From positions 7,165-71,164 of IMG/VR virus record IMGVR_UViG_3300025131_000024: a stretch of DNA of 64,000 nt. One strand, given 5' to 3'. Below are positions 1 through 10,102 of the stretch, one piece after another; within the stretch, counting starts at the first letter, position 1, and each line of letters begins with the position of its first letter. The notes under the pieces are model-generated. The model was given only the letters and a program-made list of their open reading frames with translations, ran no database searches and was not told where the DNA came from. Made by a program: the position numbers and the translations under genes. Source of the DNA: a virus.

Positions 1-454
1 CCTTGTCTATATGACTTTGACCTGTTATTTTTGTTAGGGCCTCTATAGCAGCTAGAGTAACCTGAGATTGGTCTGAAAGAACTTCCTTAACTACTGGAGA
101 TTCTTCAGAATCTTTTGCCGGTGCGGTCCTGCTAAATTGTAATTGTTCTTCCAAAGTCTCAATTTTTCCAGTAGCAACCGCTAATTGTTCTTGTGCGTCA
201 ACCAAATCTGCTTCGGGTACCCCTCCGAACATATGTTCAAGTAAGTTTAGTTCTTCCGCCGCCCTTACTACCTCTATCATTGCAGCCATTGGCAATAAAG
301 TCATAGCCTGATGCGTATCAGGTATTTCATCCTCTGCACCTAAAGATTCTAAGGATTTATCCCAAGTATCTAAAACTCTCCACACATGAATAGCATCATC
401 AAACTTTACCGCAAACTGCTGCGCTCGCTGTCTTAACTGTTCTCCCGCTGGCAT
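1..454 (-). CDS. hypothetical protein, 3' end runs off the window
   Basis: ATG at 454 with GGAGG RBS upstream; open frame MPAGEQLRQRAQQFAVKF... continues to the window edge; not in the ORF track. Confidence 0.7.
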   Translation of the reverse strand, partial: MPAGEQLRQRAQQFAVKFDDAIHVWRVLDTWDKSLESLGAEDEIPDTHQAMTLLPMAAMIEVVRAAEELNLLEHMFGGVPEADLVDAQEQLAVATGKIETLEEQLQFSRTAPAKDSEESPVVKEVLSDQSQVTLAAIEALTKITGQSHIDK

Positions 455-471
455 ACTTGCCTCCTAACGTC

Positions 472-2796
472 CTATCTAATAGGACAAACTCCCGAATCAC
501 ACGCTTCGTCTATGAGTTCTGTCTCAATTTCTACTTTTTCGTATTTATAAAGTAGAGAAGCGTCGAAATCTTTAAAGTTCGCACTAATATTATTATACTC
601 CTCTTCGGTAATTTCTTCATATGGGGCTAATTCATACGTTCCCCCATCGTGGGCTAGGAATGAGGCCCCCATCCATTTGTCCCAGTTATCCCAAGCTAAT
701 TCCTTCGCTAAATCCCACTCATCCTCCTTAACTGTCATAGTTATGGATGTGTTGTGGTCAGTATAGTTTTCCTGAAATTGAAAATAAGTGTCCATTTGAT
801 CCGACAGAGACACATTATTCTTAGTATCAGTACTAGTAGATTTAATGGGGAAGTCAATAACTAGAGTTCTAGCATTATTCATACGCTCTTCATAACTGTC
901 GCCGGGTGTACCCACCTCGGGAGAAATCGACCAATCTAATTCTCGGATAACCTGAACTAGCGGGTCAATAGAACTAATACGCATTCGTCGTATGTAGTAT
1001 GGGCTGTGAGACATATGTATCCCTGCCGAAACACCTCCAGCTACTAGACTTAAAGTTCCCTCTGGTTTTACTGTTGTTACTAACAGAGGAGAATTAACCC
1101 TTAAATGAGAGGCATATTTATCCGCTTCCTCATTCGCAGTTTTTTTAAGGAGTCCTAGTACCTTATTTTGTTGTCTCTTAGTATATTGTACAGCAGAAAA
1201 AGCATCTTTAACTCCTGTAAGCGACGTTCCTAGTAATCTATCCCTTTGCTGGACTTGGTTCCAAACAGGTAACTCTAAGTCCACTAAAGTCATTCTAAGG
1301 CCCGCTCTAGCCGACATTCGTTGGGCTTCAACTAAGCCGTCTAAGTCCAGATCACCCCCTTCTACAAACGCTGATAAATTAACCGTAGTTAAGTTACACA
1401 CGCCGTGACTATCTAATAGGATTTCACCACAAGGGTTCGTTCCTATGGCATTAGGTCGTCTACGGGAAGCTTCTTCTTCATTAAAGAAGCCGGGTTCACC
1501 TTCATACTTCATCATATCAAAAACCATATCCAAATATTTTTTATCTGGTTGATTTGTGAATACTATGGAGTTATTGGACATCCTCCGATGGTCCAAGTTC
1601 TCTCTAGAATTTTTACCGTCTTCTAAGCGTAGAGAATCCCACCAAACGGGTTTTTCTCCTAAGGCATCTAACTGTTTGCCTAAAATAGCGTGGGCCTTAA
1701 ACTGTTCCTCTGACCACAACCCGTTAATAGCGTATTTAGCTAACAAAGATTCGTAGTCATTAGAACCCATAAGGAAAATTTCAGCCGTTCGGCGTACTCC
1801 ACCAACCACCACGTTATTACCGATCAAGTTGCCCATATCTAAAATATGGATTGGACGAACTTTATAGTATCCAGCATAAGCCCTTTCAAGAGGGGCTAAA
1901 GTAGGGTCAATTTGGTTTGTAAGAACCTTGTGAAATCCCTCAAACATTTCCATCAACGGTTCTGGGCCTGAGGCAGTCCCACCAAAAGTTTTCAGTCGCT
2001 CCCCACGGGGACGAACAGAATTATAGTCAAACTTTACAGTCTTTATATGCTCATATTCATGAGAGGTTAAAATTTCTAAAAATAAGCGAAGGGCTTCAAC
2101 CCATCCTTCTTTAGAATCTCCAATGTAAACTTTAGCGTATCCCTGCTCTAAATCTATCCATTTAGTAGTCTCTAGCCGCTGTTCCGCAGGGGCCGGGATA
2201 TAAGGATCGTGTAATACCTCTACATTAGCCCGGATGGGGGGAAGGGAGGTAGCCATTTCAGGAGTACACTTGAAGCCTACACCTGTACCAACTAATAGAA
2301 GATAGAATAGGTCAGACAAGTCTGCCCACTTTTCTATAGCTGTGAATGAGCAGTTGTAATTAGCTAACGGATATTTTTCAGCTACCGCATTTTCTCCACC
2401 ACCAATCCATAGCGTTCTCCCACTCACAAACTGCTTAGTGTTATACATGGAATCAAACAAGGCCTCTGCCTCTGCATTAAATTCCACTAGGTCAGGGGTA
2501 TAACCAATTTTCAGCATGTGGTCATACGCTAATCCTACATTATATTCGACTGCTCGTTTACACGCCTCTATCCATGTCTCTCTTCGGCCTAACTTGTTAG
2601 AAAATCTAGAATACGTGCGGTAAAATACAAAAGTTCCCATAGGAGAAAGAGGGGATTCCTGAGCTTCGTATTTACTTATGAATTCCTGAGACAGTTCAAC
2701 AGGTCGGTGATGAGAGTGGTCGTGAGTATGATCATGTTCGTGGGCATGTGGAATATTGGTGGGTATAGTTATAGAAGGGGTCATCGTAAGTGTCAC
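472..2796 (-). CDS. nrdJ: class II (adenosylcobalamin-dependent) ribonucleoside-triphosphate reductase
   Basis: RTYSR, NCSF, GTGVG, GGVRRTA, TNPCGEI active-site loop, TVKPEGT, C-terminal CDSGVCPIR. Confidence 0.95.
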   Translation of the reverse strand: MTLTMTPSITIPTNIPHAHEHDHTHDHSHHRPVELSQEFISKYEAQESPLSPMGTFVFYRTYSRFSNKLGRRETWIEACKRAVEYNVGLAYDHMLKIGYTPDLVEFNAEAEALFDSMYNTKQFVSGRTLWIGGGENAVAEKYPLANYNCSFTAIEKWADLSDLFYLLLVGTGVGFKCTPEMATSLPPIRANVEVLHDPYIPAPAEQRLETTKWIDLEQGYAKVYIGDSKEGWVEALRLFLEILTSHEYEHIKTVKFDYNSVRPRGERLKTFGGTASGPEPLMEMFEGFHKVLTNQIDPTLAPLERAYAGYYKVRPIHILDMGNLIGNNVVVGGVRRTAEIFLMGSNDYESLLAKYAINGLWSEEQFKAHAILGKQLDALGEKPVWWDSLRLEDGKNSRENLDHRRMSNNSIVFTNQPDKKYLDMVFDMMKYEGEPGFFNEEEASRRRPNAIGTNPCGEILLDSHGVCNLTTVNLSAFVEGGDLDLDGLVEAQRMSARAGLRMTLVDLELPVWNQVQQRDRLLGTSLTGVKDAFSAVQYTKRQQNKVLGLLKKTANEEADKYASHLRVNSPLLVTTVKPEGTLSLVAGGVSAGIHMSHSPYYIRRMRISSIDPLVQVIRELDWSISPEVGTPGDSYEERMNNARTLVIDFPIKSTSTDTKNNVSLSDQMDTYFQFQENYTDHNTSITMTVKEDEWDLAKELAWDNWDKWMGASFLAHDGGTYELAPYEEITEEEYNNISANFKDFDASLLYKYEKVEIETELIDEACDSGVCPIR

Positions 2797-2807
2797 AGGG
2801 GATTCTC

Positions 2808-4505
2808 CTAAAGCGAGTCTTCGCCATACATTTGAACGGATTTAGCGTAAATATTGCCTAGGGCGGCATTAAGCTCTTCATCTACAGGCATGTTGTCATT
2901 ATACGCTGAATTATCGGGTCTTGACCCAGAATTTTCATCAGATTTCCCACTAAAAATTTGAGCATCTCCAACCCCCGTATAAGAGGCTGGGCCGTCTAAT
3001 TTATCTGCTGCCAAACAAGCTAATCCGATACTCCAAAAAGAGTCCCCGTGACCATTTGGTGTTTCAGCAGCGTATAAGTCCTTATTGACTATCAAAATTT
3101 GTTCTTTCTGTACTGCATCGGGCAATAAATGTAGCCTTTCCGTAACTACGTAGTGTTCAAATTTAGTGGCCATGTTGTTTTTTGACCTACGGCTAAAGTG
3201 CATTAAATCCCACTTTCTGTTTAACCCTCTTAGGTGTCGAACTCGTTCCGTATTCTCTTTATCGCTTAAGCCCTGCTCATTATCGGTTTGCAGTCCTCTC
3301 TCTTCTAGAGCCCTATCCGTGTTATCTATATATCCCTTATCAATTTGATAATTATTAGCCACTTGATTGAGAATCTCAACCTGTGCCTGATAAGACATAT
3401 TTCTTATAAACTCGTGATACAATTGTACCACATGTCCATCCGTTTTGCGTTTACCAAATACTACAATATGCGATGGATGCCTACGTTTTCCTACATCATA
3501 CCCTGCAACCACCCAATCATACTCTTCTGTAAGCTTATCAGCATGATCTACAGTTCGTCGATAAGGAACTAAGGAATCGTCTTCGCAAGCCTCAATTTCT
3601 GCTTCTGTAAAATACCCATCTGTTCCAAAATGCGGTTGTAGCATATACTCCGAAGCAAAAGAACTTCTGTTGCTCTTCTTATATGCTAATAACCATTGCT
3701 CATCTCGAATCTGCGGGGCTAAGACATGGCGGTTAGGTACTGGATCAAAGGCGGGTAAAACTATACTATTAAAACTCTCATCGTCAATCAAAGTTGCTAA
3801 TAAGTCTCCCGGTGCCATAGGCGTTCCCACTACTATAGTAGGAGTTCCGGGGTTTGGGATAGGCATCAAAGCCCTAAAAAATAAATCCTTAATTTTAGGT
3901 AATTCGCCGGGATCAATAGGCGAGTTGGCATCTTTCAAAATGTCATCTACCACCATTCCCGCATTAGTATGGAGTCCCCGCTTAAACTGGGTTACTCCAG
4001 CCATTTCTACCCTAACAATCCCTCCATCGGCTGTTTGATACCTTATAGCGTTATCAGCCCCCCTAGCTAAATCTTTTGTAAACCACTCATTAGCCAAAAG
4101 GGGGTTTGCCCGAATTTCATCTTTCATAGTTCTTACATGGTATCTTACCATATCATGGTTATAAGAGGCGTACAATAAACTTCTAGAAGAAGCTTTGGTT
4201 CTCATGAGTTGCCAAATAGTGTACCCATGCCCTAAGATGGTGCTTTTCCAGTGTCCACGGGGAAGCACACAAATTAAATTTTGCCCTTCATCTAGAGCCT
4301 TATCTAATTCATCGCAAATAAACCCCACATGCCAAATATTAAATAATTTGGGATACGGAAAGCTATTCTTCCAAATATCTTGTATAAACTCTTTAAACGT
4401 ACTAGGCACATCAATGGTCGTATCATTAGTTAAGTCTGTTACTAGTTCGTTTACCGCTTCCGACCATGATAATTTAGCATTCTCATTTTTAACCGTGTTA
4501 ACCAT
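2808..4505 (-). CDS. terminase large subunit
   Basis: Walker A-like LPRGHWKST, Walker B MVVDD, coupling motif VVGTP, nuclease GYDVG...HGDSFW; start placed at MVNTVK. Confidence 0.88.
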   Translation of the reverse strand: MVNTVKNENAKLSWSEAVNELVTDLTNDTTIDVPSTFKEFIQDIWKNSFPYPKLFNIWHVGFICDELDKALDEGQNLICVLPRGHWKSTILGHGYTIWQLMRTKASSRSLLYASYNHDMVRYHVRTMKDEIRANPLLANEWFTKDLARGADNAIRYQTADGGIVRVEMAGVTQFKRGLHTNAGMVVDDILKDANSPIDPGELPKIKDLFFRALMPIPNPGTPTIVVGTPMAPGDLLATLIDDESFNSIVLPAFDPVPNRHVLAPQIRDEQWLLAYKKSNRSSFASEYMLQPHFGTDGYFTEAEIEACEDDSLVPYRRTVDHADKLTEEYDWVVAGYDVGKRRHPSHIVVFGKRKTDGHVVQLYHEFIRNMSYQAQVEILNQVANNYQIDKGYIDNTDRALEERGLQTDNEQGLSDKENTERVRHLRGLNRKWDLMHFSRRSKNNMATKFEHYVVTERLHLLPDAVQKEQILIVNKDLYAAETPNGHGDSFWSIGLACLAADKLDGPASYTGVGDAQIFSGKSDENSGSRPDNSAYNDNMPVDEELNAALGNIYAKSVQMYGEDSL

Positions 4506-5007
4506 TAGTGTCCTCAAAGTCTAAGAGGAAATTTTGGAGTCGGGTTCCAAGACGCTGACGTAACTCTTTATCGTCTACCTCTTCCATAATGATAGTTACG
4601 ATTCCTTGGATAAACCTACGAGAAATCAACCCCTCTAGAATGGTTCGTTCGCCCTTTATAGCCATATCTACAGCTTTAGCGGCATCTGAAGCCCTATCGA
4701 ATTGTAGAAGCCCTAAAGATTCTGAAGCTTTAGTGGTTATTTTCTTATATTCCTCTAGGTGTGCTTCAGAATCTAGCCGCCTGTGGTCTGCCTCTAGTTC
4801 GACCATCTTATCTCTAGCCCTAGCAATGGCTTTATTACGTAATTCTTTCCATCCCTGCTCTTTAGACCATTGATATAATGTGTCTTCGGGAACTTCCACT
4901 TCATATTTTTCTAATATTTCCACTTTGATTTGCGGAATTATTACATCATCATGGATGTAGGTTTTAGCGGCAAAATCTTTTACCGACTGAGAGTATTTTC
5001 TATTCAT
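4498..5007 (-). CDS. probable terminase small subunit (N-terminal HTH)
   Basis: HTH-like VPEDTLYQWSKEQGWKE plus helical body, directly upstream of and overlapping TerL. Confidence 0.65.
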   Translation of the reverse strand: MNRKYSQSVKDFAAKTYIHDDVIIPQIKVEILEKYEVEVPEDTLYQWSKEQGWKELRNKAIARARDKMVELEADHRRLDSEAHLEEYKKITTKASESLGLLQFDRASDAAKAVDMAIKGERTILEGLISRRFIQGIVTIIMEEVDDKELRQRLGTRLQNFLLDFEDTNG

Positions 5008-5181
5008 GAAGCACCCTTGGATTTAGGTCCAGCCTTTACAGTACCTTTCGCCTTTCCACGCTTACTTCTAGTCTTAGTACCCCCAGAACTCTTCTCAAGA
5101 GAACAGGTTTGTGCGCTGGCATCTCCCCAACACAACTTAGACCACGGGTGGGTAAAACAATTTCCTCTCATCATAAACTCC

Positions 5182-5667
5182 TTAACTACTAAACGGGGTA
5201 TTTTCCTTAACGAAGTCTTCGCCTCTAAAGGTTGGGTCTGTATTATCATCTATAGTGTAAGATTCTCCCATCAACTTGGTAAAATCCAGATGCCCAGATA
5301 CCGTAGTACGTGGGGTGAAACAGCCGGGAACCTTTGAACGATCCCTGTTGATAACTACTTCTCGTCTTGTACAAACTGAATCCCACACCCGCTCCTTGAA
5401 AAGAGGCTTCCAAGCATCTTTGATTTCATTGTACTCATTTCTAACCACGGATTCAGTATGAACTAGCTCATCTATGGGAGTATTAAAGGCACAATTATTA
5501 AAATTGCAATAAACTACTTTTTTAAAGTCGTTTACACTCTCGGGAACATTTTCAATGGGGGTGGGCTGATTGCTTTCAAGCTTCCCATCTTCATCTATAT
5601 TATTTTTTACTACAAATGTAGCCTTCTTTGCTACAGGTCGTATAGACCCCGGCTTTCGTCTAGGCAT
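5182..5667 (-). CDS. hypothetical protein (Cys cluster)
   Basis: ORF overlapping the upstream gene end; YCNFNNCAFN motif. Confidence 0.6.
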   Translation of the reverse strand: MPRRKPGSIRPVAKKATFVVKNNIDEDGKLESNQPTPIENVPESVNDFKKVVYCNFNNCAFNTPIDELVHTESVVRNEYNEIKDAWKPLFKERVWDSVCTRREVVINRDRSKVPGCFTPRTTVSGHLDFTKLMGESYTIDDNTDPTFRGEDFVKENTPFSS

Positions 5668-6109
5668 TTATCCTGCTCCATTCCGCTATACAGGCTGCAT
5701 CAGCCCAATCCTGTTCTACAAACTGACTACTAAAATGTTTAGTAGCATACTTCATTATATCTTCTTTAGACGCATTACCCATACCCACTACTTCTTTTTT
5801 CCACACTCTATTATCCACTGTTCGATACGGGATATGGGATATTTCTAATATTCCCTTCACAGCCCCCACTACTTCAGATATTGATATGGTAGAATGTGGA
5901 TTTTTAAAATATAATGGCTTTTCTATAGCCACAGTACCCCCATAAACTATGTCGGGCAAAGCAGCCAATCCTTTAGCTATATCTGGAAATCTATCGGCGG
6001 CGGTTTTACCTACAGCCAAAAATTTTACAGATTCTATAAGAACTCCCTCATCATCAATCAAGGTGGCGTGAACTGCTCTAGAACTACAATCTATACCTGT
6101 ATGAATCAA
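5660..6109 (-). CDS. ruvC: RuvC-like Holliday junction resolvase
   Basis: GIDCS, VAIEKP, WKKEVVGMGNASKEDI, DWADAACIA; likely TTG start at 6109 overlapping the upstream stop. Confidence 0.8.
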   Translation of the reverse strand: MIHTGIDCSSRAVHATLIDDEGVLIESVKFLAVGKTAADRFPDIAKGLAALPDIVYGGTVAIEKPLYFKNPHSTISISEVVGAVKGILEISHIPYRTVDNRVWKKEVVGMGNASKEDIMKYATKHFSSQFVEQDWADAACIAEWSRINA

Positions 6110-6603
6110 GTCTTCTCTAATAGGAGTCCACGCTTCTCCCACTCCTCTCGCATCTGAGTTTCTGCGCCTATCCATTTTTGAGGCTTATGAATAGAAATCA
6201 ATTTATTGGTGTCTCGACGTATGGCGTAATGCTCCTTATTTTTGGCGGCGTTCTTAGCAATCACCAAATCCTTAATCCTAGTTCTACTGTCCGGGTTCTG
6301 TATAGCCAACAGATTACCTATAGTTACCCATAAAAGATCGCCCACCTCTTCATCAAAGTTTGCTGGGTCTTTTTTAAAATTTTTTATGGCCTCTTCCCAT
6401 TCTTTGACCTCTTCTTTAATCATAGGGATTCGAGTCTCCATAACAGTTTGATCTGGAATACCCTTATAAGACCCCTCATGATTAAACTCCCATAGTTCGT
6501 GGAAGTCAAACACTGCTTCGGCTATTGCAGCCACATCTTCTAAGAAGGAGTATATACTACAGCCGCATTTTGAAGCCTTCGCTAAGTTTTTAGGATGGGT
6601 CAC
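6106..6603 (-). CDS. MazG-like / all-alpha NTP pyrophosphohydrolase
   Basis: KEEVKEWEEA...DEEVGDLLWV acidic EXXE...EXXD motif. Confidence 0.7.
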   Translation of the reverse strand: MTHPKNLAKASKCGCSIYSFLEDVAAIAEAVFDFHELWEFNHEGSYKGIPDQTVMETRIPMIKEEVKEWEEAIKNFKKDPANFDEEVGDLLWVTIGNLLAIQNPDSRTRIKDLVIAKNAAKNKEHYAIRRDTNKLISIHKPQKWIGAETQMREEWEKRGLLLEKT

Positions 6604-7101
6604 TTACTTACCTGCCTCTAGACTTCGTGCTGAAAGAACTCTACTAGAAGTATTGAATAATCCCTTAAAAGCTTCCTTACGCCCCAACAATTTATCGTAA
6701 GCCGCCCGAATCTCTATCAGGGTCTTCATACTAGCGTTTAATCGTTTGTTGTCTCTTAGTATTATACCCTCCATTTCATCAATGGTGGGTTTTCTAGTTC
6801 CTTTTGCTAAATATTCCTCAGCTAACTTAGCTTTCTCTATCTTCATTCCAGTCTCAAAGGCGGTTTCGTAAGCCCCCTTTTTAGCCCCTAGTGCGGCTAG
6901 ATTTAATTCTACAAAGGCTAACCACGCTCCAGATACCGACAAATACTCTTGCAAGTCCGTGTTAGAGGCCTCAGAAAGATTCCCAAAAGTGATATCATCA
7001 CGAGAATTATTATTAATTTGGATAAAGGGTATTTCCATATCCTCAACATACTGGTTGGCTTTATTATAGCCTTTTTCTACTGTCCATACTTCTTCTGTCA
7101 T
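6604..7101 (-). CDS. helical protein, possibly a UvsY-like recombination mediator
   Basis: all-helical, located in the RecA cluster; likely start MTEEVW. Confidence 0.4.
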   Translation of the reverse strand: MTEEVWTVEKGYNKANQYVEDMEIPFIQINNNSRDDITFGNLSEASNTDLQEYLSVSGAWLAFVELNLAALGAKKGAYETAFETGMKIEKAKLAEEYLAKGTRKPTIDEMEGIILRDNKRLNASMKTLIEIRAAYDKLLGRKEAFKGLFNTSSRVLSARSLEAGK

Positions 7102-7673
7102 TATTTCACCGCCTGAATAGTAAGGGCTAGTGTGGCCGCTACGGTAGTCATATCCTTTTTGGATAGGTCGTTGGTATCTATAATTACAGTCCAATCAAGA
7201 GGCTTATCATCTAAAAGGATTTCTGATATGTGTTCTTGTCTAGAGTTCCACATATCCCTAGTGAGGGTGGGATCGAACTTACTAGAATCCTTGTATCTAT
7301 CCCACCTAATATTTGTATCTGCAACTAATTTTACTAGGAGCCCATCGTGACTCTTAACGAAATCAAATTCATTAGGGTATCTAAGATCATCGAAGATTAC
7401 TGTTGTCCCTTTATCTAGATGTTCCGCTACATCCTTTCGGATAGCGTGAACCCAAACATCTGGACAAACATCCCGTAAACCTTGCCCTAATTTTTGTAAC
7501 GGCTCTCGCTCTACCGGGATATTTAAGTGATCTAAAACCCCCCTTAATTTTCCTGCGAAAGACATAATTACCGAATCAGGATTCTTTTCCTGTAACGATC
7601 TGGCTAAAGCAGATTTTCCAGTGTGCATTTTACCATGTAACCCAATTACCTTAGCCAAGTCCCAACTCCTCAT
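7101..7673 (-). CDS. deoxynucleoside monophosphate kinase
   Basis: GKMHTGKS P-loop, SFAGKLR, REPLQKLG, DDLRYPNE, HISE. Confidence 0.85.
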   Translation of the reverse strand: MRSWDLAKVIGLHGKMHTGKSALARSLQEKNPDSVIMSFAGKLRGVLDHLNIPVEREPLQKLGQGLRDVCPDVWVHAIRKDVAEHLDKGTTVIFDDLRYPNEFDFVKSHDGLLVKLVADTNIRWDRYKDSSKFDPTLTRDMWNSRQEHISEILLDDKPLDWTVIIDTNDLSKKDMTTVAATLALTIQAVK

Positions 7674-8349
7674 CTGTAACTAATTTACAATCACAATAGT
7701 TATAATGAATTGCGGCTACTTCTGATAGCCGGGGAGGCAAAACCATACTTGCTATAGCTCTGCCTCTAGATAAAATACCATTCCACAAATCAGTATTACG
7801 ATTAACAACAAAAGTTTTTATTTGTTGGGAGTTCTTATTTTCATAAAGAATTACCCCCTGATCATAATTTAACATATTAAGATAACACTGTAACTGGGTC
7901 GAATGTTCTACTTTAGGCCCGTTTACTAGATCGTTATCCCACCCTCGTTGATTTATAGTTTTCAACTCTACTACAAAAAATTTCCCATCGTGATGTAAAA
8001 CAAAGTCCGCTCGACCCGATAACATGATAGGATAATCTATACGACAAATTTGTTCTCTGTCTATAACCATCTCCGCAAAGTATTTGGTATACCTATCCTC
8101 AGCGGAACTACCTACCCCAAATATCCTTTGAAGATTAGCCGAGATGGATTTTTGCGGGATCATGCCGTTGTAATGTAGCCACAAATACCTATCGCAGGGA
8201 TTCCCTATAGCGGACACAAAGAATTTATTTTTACTTGTACTTTTTTGAGGGTGCGCTAAACGCTTGTCGATTTGCTCAACCAACAACCTCCCCAAATCTT
8301 TAGTATCCCAAGATTTGGTTACCTTTTCAGTTATGTCTTTCACACCCAT
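7651..8349 (-). CDS. Cas4-like PD-(D/E)XK exonuclease
   Basis: PCDRYLW, GRADF, VELKT, QLQCY, C-terminal Cys pair. Confidence 0.8.
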   Translation of the reverse strand: MGVKDITEKVTKSWDTKDLGRLLVEQIDKRLAHPQKSTSKNKFFVSAIGNPCDRYLWLHYNGMIPQKSISANLQRIFGVGSSAEDRYTKYFAEMVIDREQICRIDYPIMLSGRADFVLHHDGKFFVVELKTINQRGWDNDLVNGPKVEHSTQLQCYLNMLNYDQGVILYENKNSQQIKTFVVNRNTDLWNGILSRGRAIASMVLPPRLSEVAAIHYNYCDCKLVTDEELGLG

Positions 8350-8681
8350 TAATTTTTATCCTTTACATCGTTAGACAACTTTTCCAAAAATACATCAATA
8401 TCTCTACGAATGTCTTGCTCATGTTCAGCAGTTATATGTACCACAGAGTCCACCCCATTAACTAATAAAAACTCATTTCGTTCTTGGTCTTTTATAGAAA
8501 AATGTCCGTAAACTCCGTCAGCCTCTATCACAGTTCCTATTTCAGCTATCCAAAAATCTACAAAGTACTTTCCAATTTGTCTCTGAGATTCCCACCTAAG
8601 CCCCAACTCACTCAAGTAATTGGCTATCTTTACTTCCTGAGGGGTCATCTCCGTTGGGGCTTGTTGAATGTTGAGAGGCAT
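8349..8681 (-). CDS. DUF559 / Vsr-like endonuclease
   Basis: MTPQE, QRQIGKYFVDF, IEADGVYGH, DQERNEFL. Confidence 0.8.
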   Translation of the reverse strand: MPLNIQQAPTEMTPQEVKIANYLSELGLRWESQRQIGKYFVDFWIAEIGTVIEADGVYGHFSIKDQERNEFLLVNGVDSVVHITAEHEQDIRRDIDVFLEKLSNDVKDKN

Positions 8682-9630
8682 CTACTTGTTCCTTAAGGGT
8701 ATCCCCTAATTCAGGTTGATCCGTTAGCAATAGAGCCTTCAATCCGTTAAGCCCCATAACTTTATTTCCTTGGTACTCATACCACGCTCCAGCTTGCTTT
8801 ATATGCCCATAGGCCAAACCTTCACGCATATAACTCTCCATGATATCAATGCCCCCGTCTACTCTGAACGGAACTACAACCTTGCTCCAGTGGTCAGCAG
8901 AGGTTTTATTCTTCTTAAGGGTTACTTCCATATCGAAACCCTCTTTGGTTTTGGTTTTCTTGTCCTCAATCCACCCTGCTCGTCGAACCTCTAACATCAT
9001 ATGGTTCCAATACACCTGCCCTTTTCCACCCGGCATTTCTTTAATAGCAACTGGCCCAATGGAGGACCTCTGCTGATTGATACATATTAACGCCGACCCA
9101 TGCTTTAGTCTGCTTATTAACCGGCTTAAGGAGTCGTTGATAAACCTTGCTAACCAGCCCATAGGATTCTTATCGAAGTCCACCAACTCCGCTGTGGGAA
9201 CCATACCCGCAATACTATCTATAACTACTAAGTCTACCCCTGCCTCCATGCACTCTCTAGCAATTGCTATGGCTGCTTCACCACTCTCTGGTTGAGAGGC
9301 TAAGAGAAGATCGGGATTAACACCACACTTGCGGAACCAAGACTCATCGAGTGACATCTCAGTATCAATCCAAACAGCCGTTCCCCCAGCCTTCTGTACG
9401 GACTCCACCGCCTTCATAGCAAGATAGGATTTACCACCGCTAGGTTGGCCGGTAAGCAACGTAAATCGCTTCTTGGGAATACCACCCCCGGTGAGCTTAT
9501 CTAACTGGGGGATGCCAAAGGGGATACGCTCAAATTTAAAATCTTTATCTGAAGCTACCGTAAGACCATCAATTCCTTTTAGGAGTTGATCCATAAGAGG
9601 AATCTCTGTTTTAGTTTTAGTCTTAACCAT
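8608..9630 (-). CDS. recA: RecA-family recombinase
   Basis: GGGIPK, GQPSGGKS, WIDTE, SQPESGE, VIDSIA, INQ, PGGKG. Confidence 0.92.
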   Translation of the reverse strand: MVKTKTKTEIPLMDQLLKGIDGLTVASDKDFKFERIPFGIPQLDKLTGGGIPKKRFTLLTGQPSGGKSYLAMKAVESVQKAGGTAVWIDTEMSLDESWFRKCGVNPDLLLASQPESGEAAIAIARECMEAGVDLVVIDSIAGMVPTAELVDFDKNPMGWLARFINDSLSRLISRLKHGSALICINQQRSSIGPVAIKEMPGGKGQVYWNHMMLEVRRAGWIEDKKTKTKEGFDMEVTLKKNKTSADHWSKVVVPFRVDGGIDIMESYMREGLAYGHIKQAGAWYEYQGNKVMGLNGLKALLLTDQPELGDTLKEQVDASQHSTSPNGDDPSGSKDSQLLE

Positions 9631-9865
9631 TAGCCAGACTCCTTATTTTTACCACTTCTGCGTCAGCAGCAGAGAGTACTAAAGGCCATGCTTTATTAAT
9701 AGCTACCTTAGCTTCTGCCATTTGAGTATCTAAGTCTTTATCGGTATCTATATCTCGGATGGATACCTCTATCTTAGCATTATTGTAGTCGCCTAAGTTG
9801 ATGGTAAATCCCAGTGACTGATCTATTTGCATATTCCTATCCTTATCTATGTAGTGATCTTTCAT
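9623..9865 (-). CDS. hypothetical protein
   Basis: translationally coupled to recA; GFTINLGDYNNAKIEV. Confidence 0.65.
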   Translation of the reverse strand: MKDHYIDKDRNMQIDQSLGFTINLGDYNNAKIEVSIRDIDTDKDLDTQMAEAKVAINKAWPLVLSAADAEVVKIRSLANG

Positions 9866-9886
9866 GCCTCGATAATTTGTATACTT

Positions 9887-10102
9887 CTACTCAACTTCTT
9901 CCTCTAGTGCTACCAACTTTTTCCCGTATCCCCCCACACATTCACACATTATGTCCCTGTATTCTTCAGAAGCCCATAATTTTTCCATGGTAGCGAGAAT
10001 GGTAGTTACCACCGAATGCTCTATAGCTATAAATTTTTCTTCTTTGTTCCGCTCCACAAAAGCCCTAAGCTCTAGCAAATCGGTCTTCGTAAACCCAGTC
10101 AT
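9887..10102 (-). CDS. hypothetical protein
   Basis: GGAGG RBS upstream; operon position. Confidence 0.55.
   Translation of the reverse strand: MTGFTKTDLLELRAFVERNKEEKFIAIEHSVVTTILATMEKLWASEEYRDIMCECVGGYGKKLVALEEEVE

Noticed and set aside
5004-5249. 81-aa minus-strand ORF overlapping 5182..5667
   Set aside because: Start and coding status are unclear; a shorter Cys-containing ORF from MMRGNC is possible but unsupported
7651-8349. Cas4-like gene as evidence of a CRISPR-Cas system
   Set aside because: Stand-alone Cas4-like nucleases are common in phage recombination modules; no cas1/cas2 or array is present
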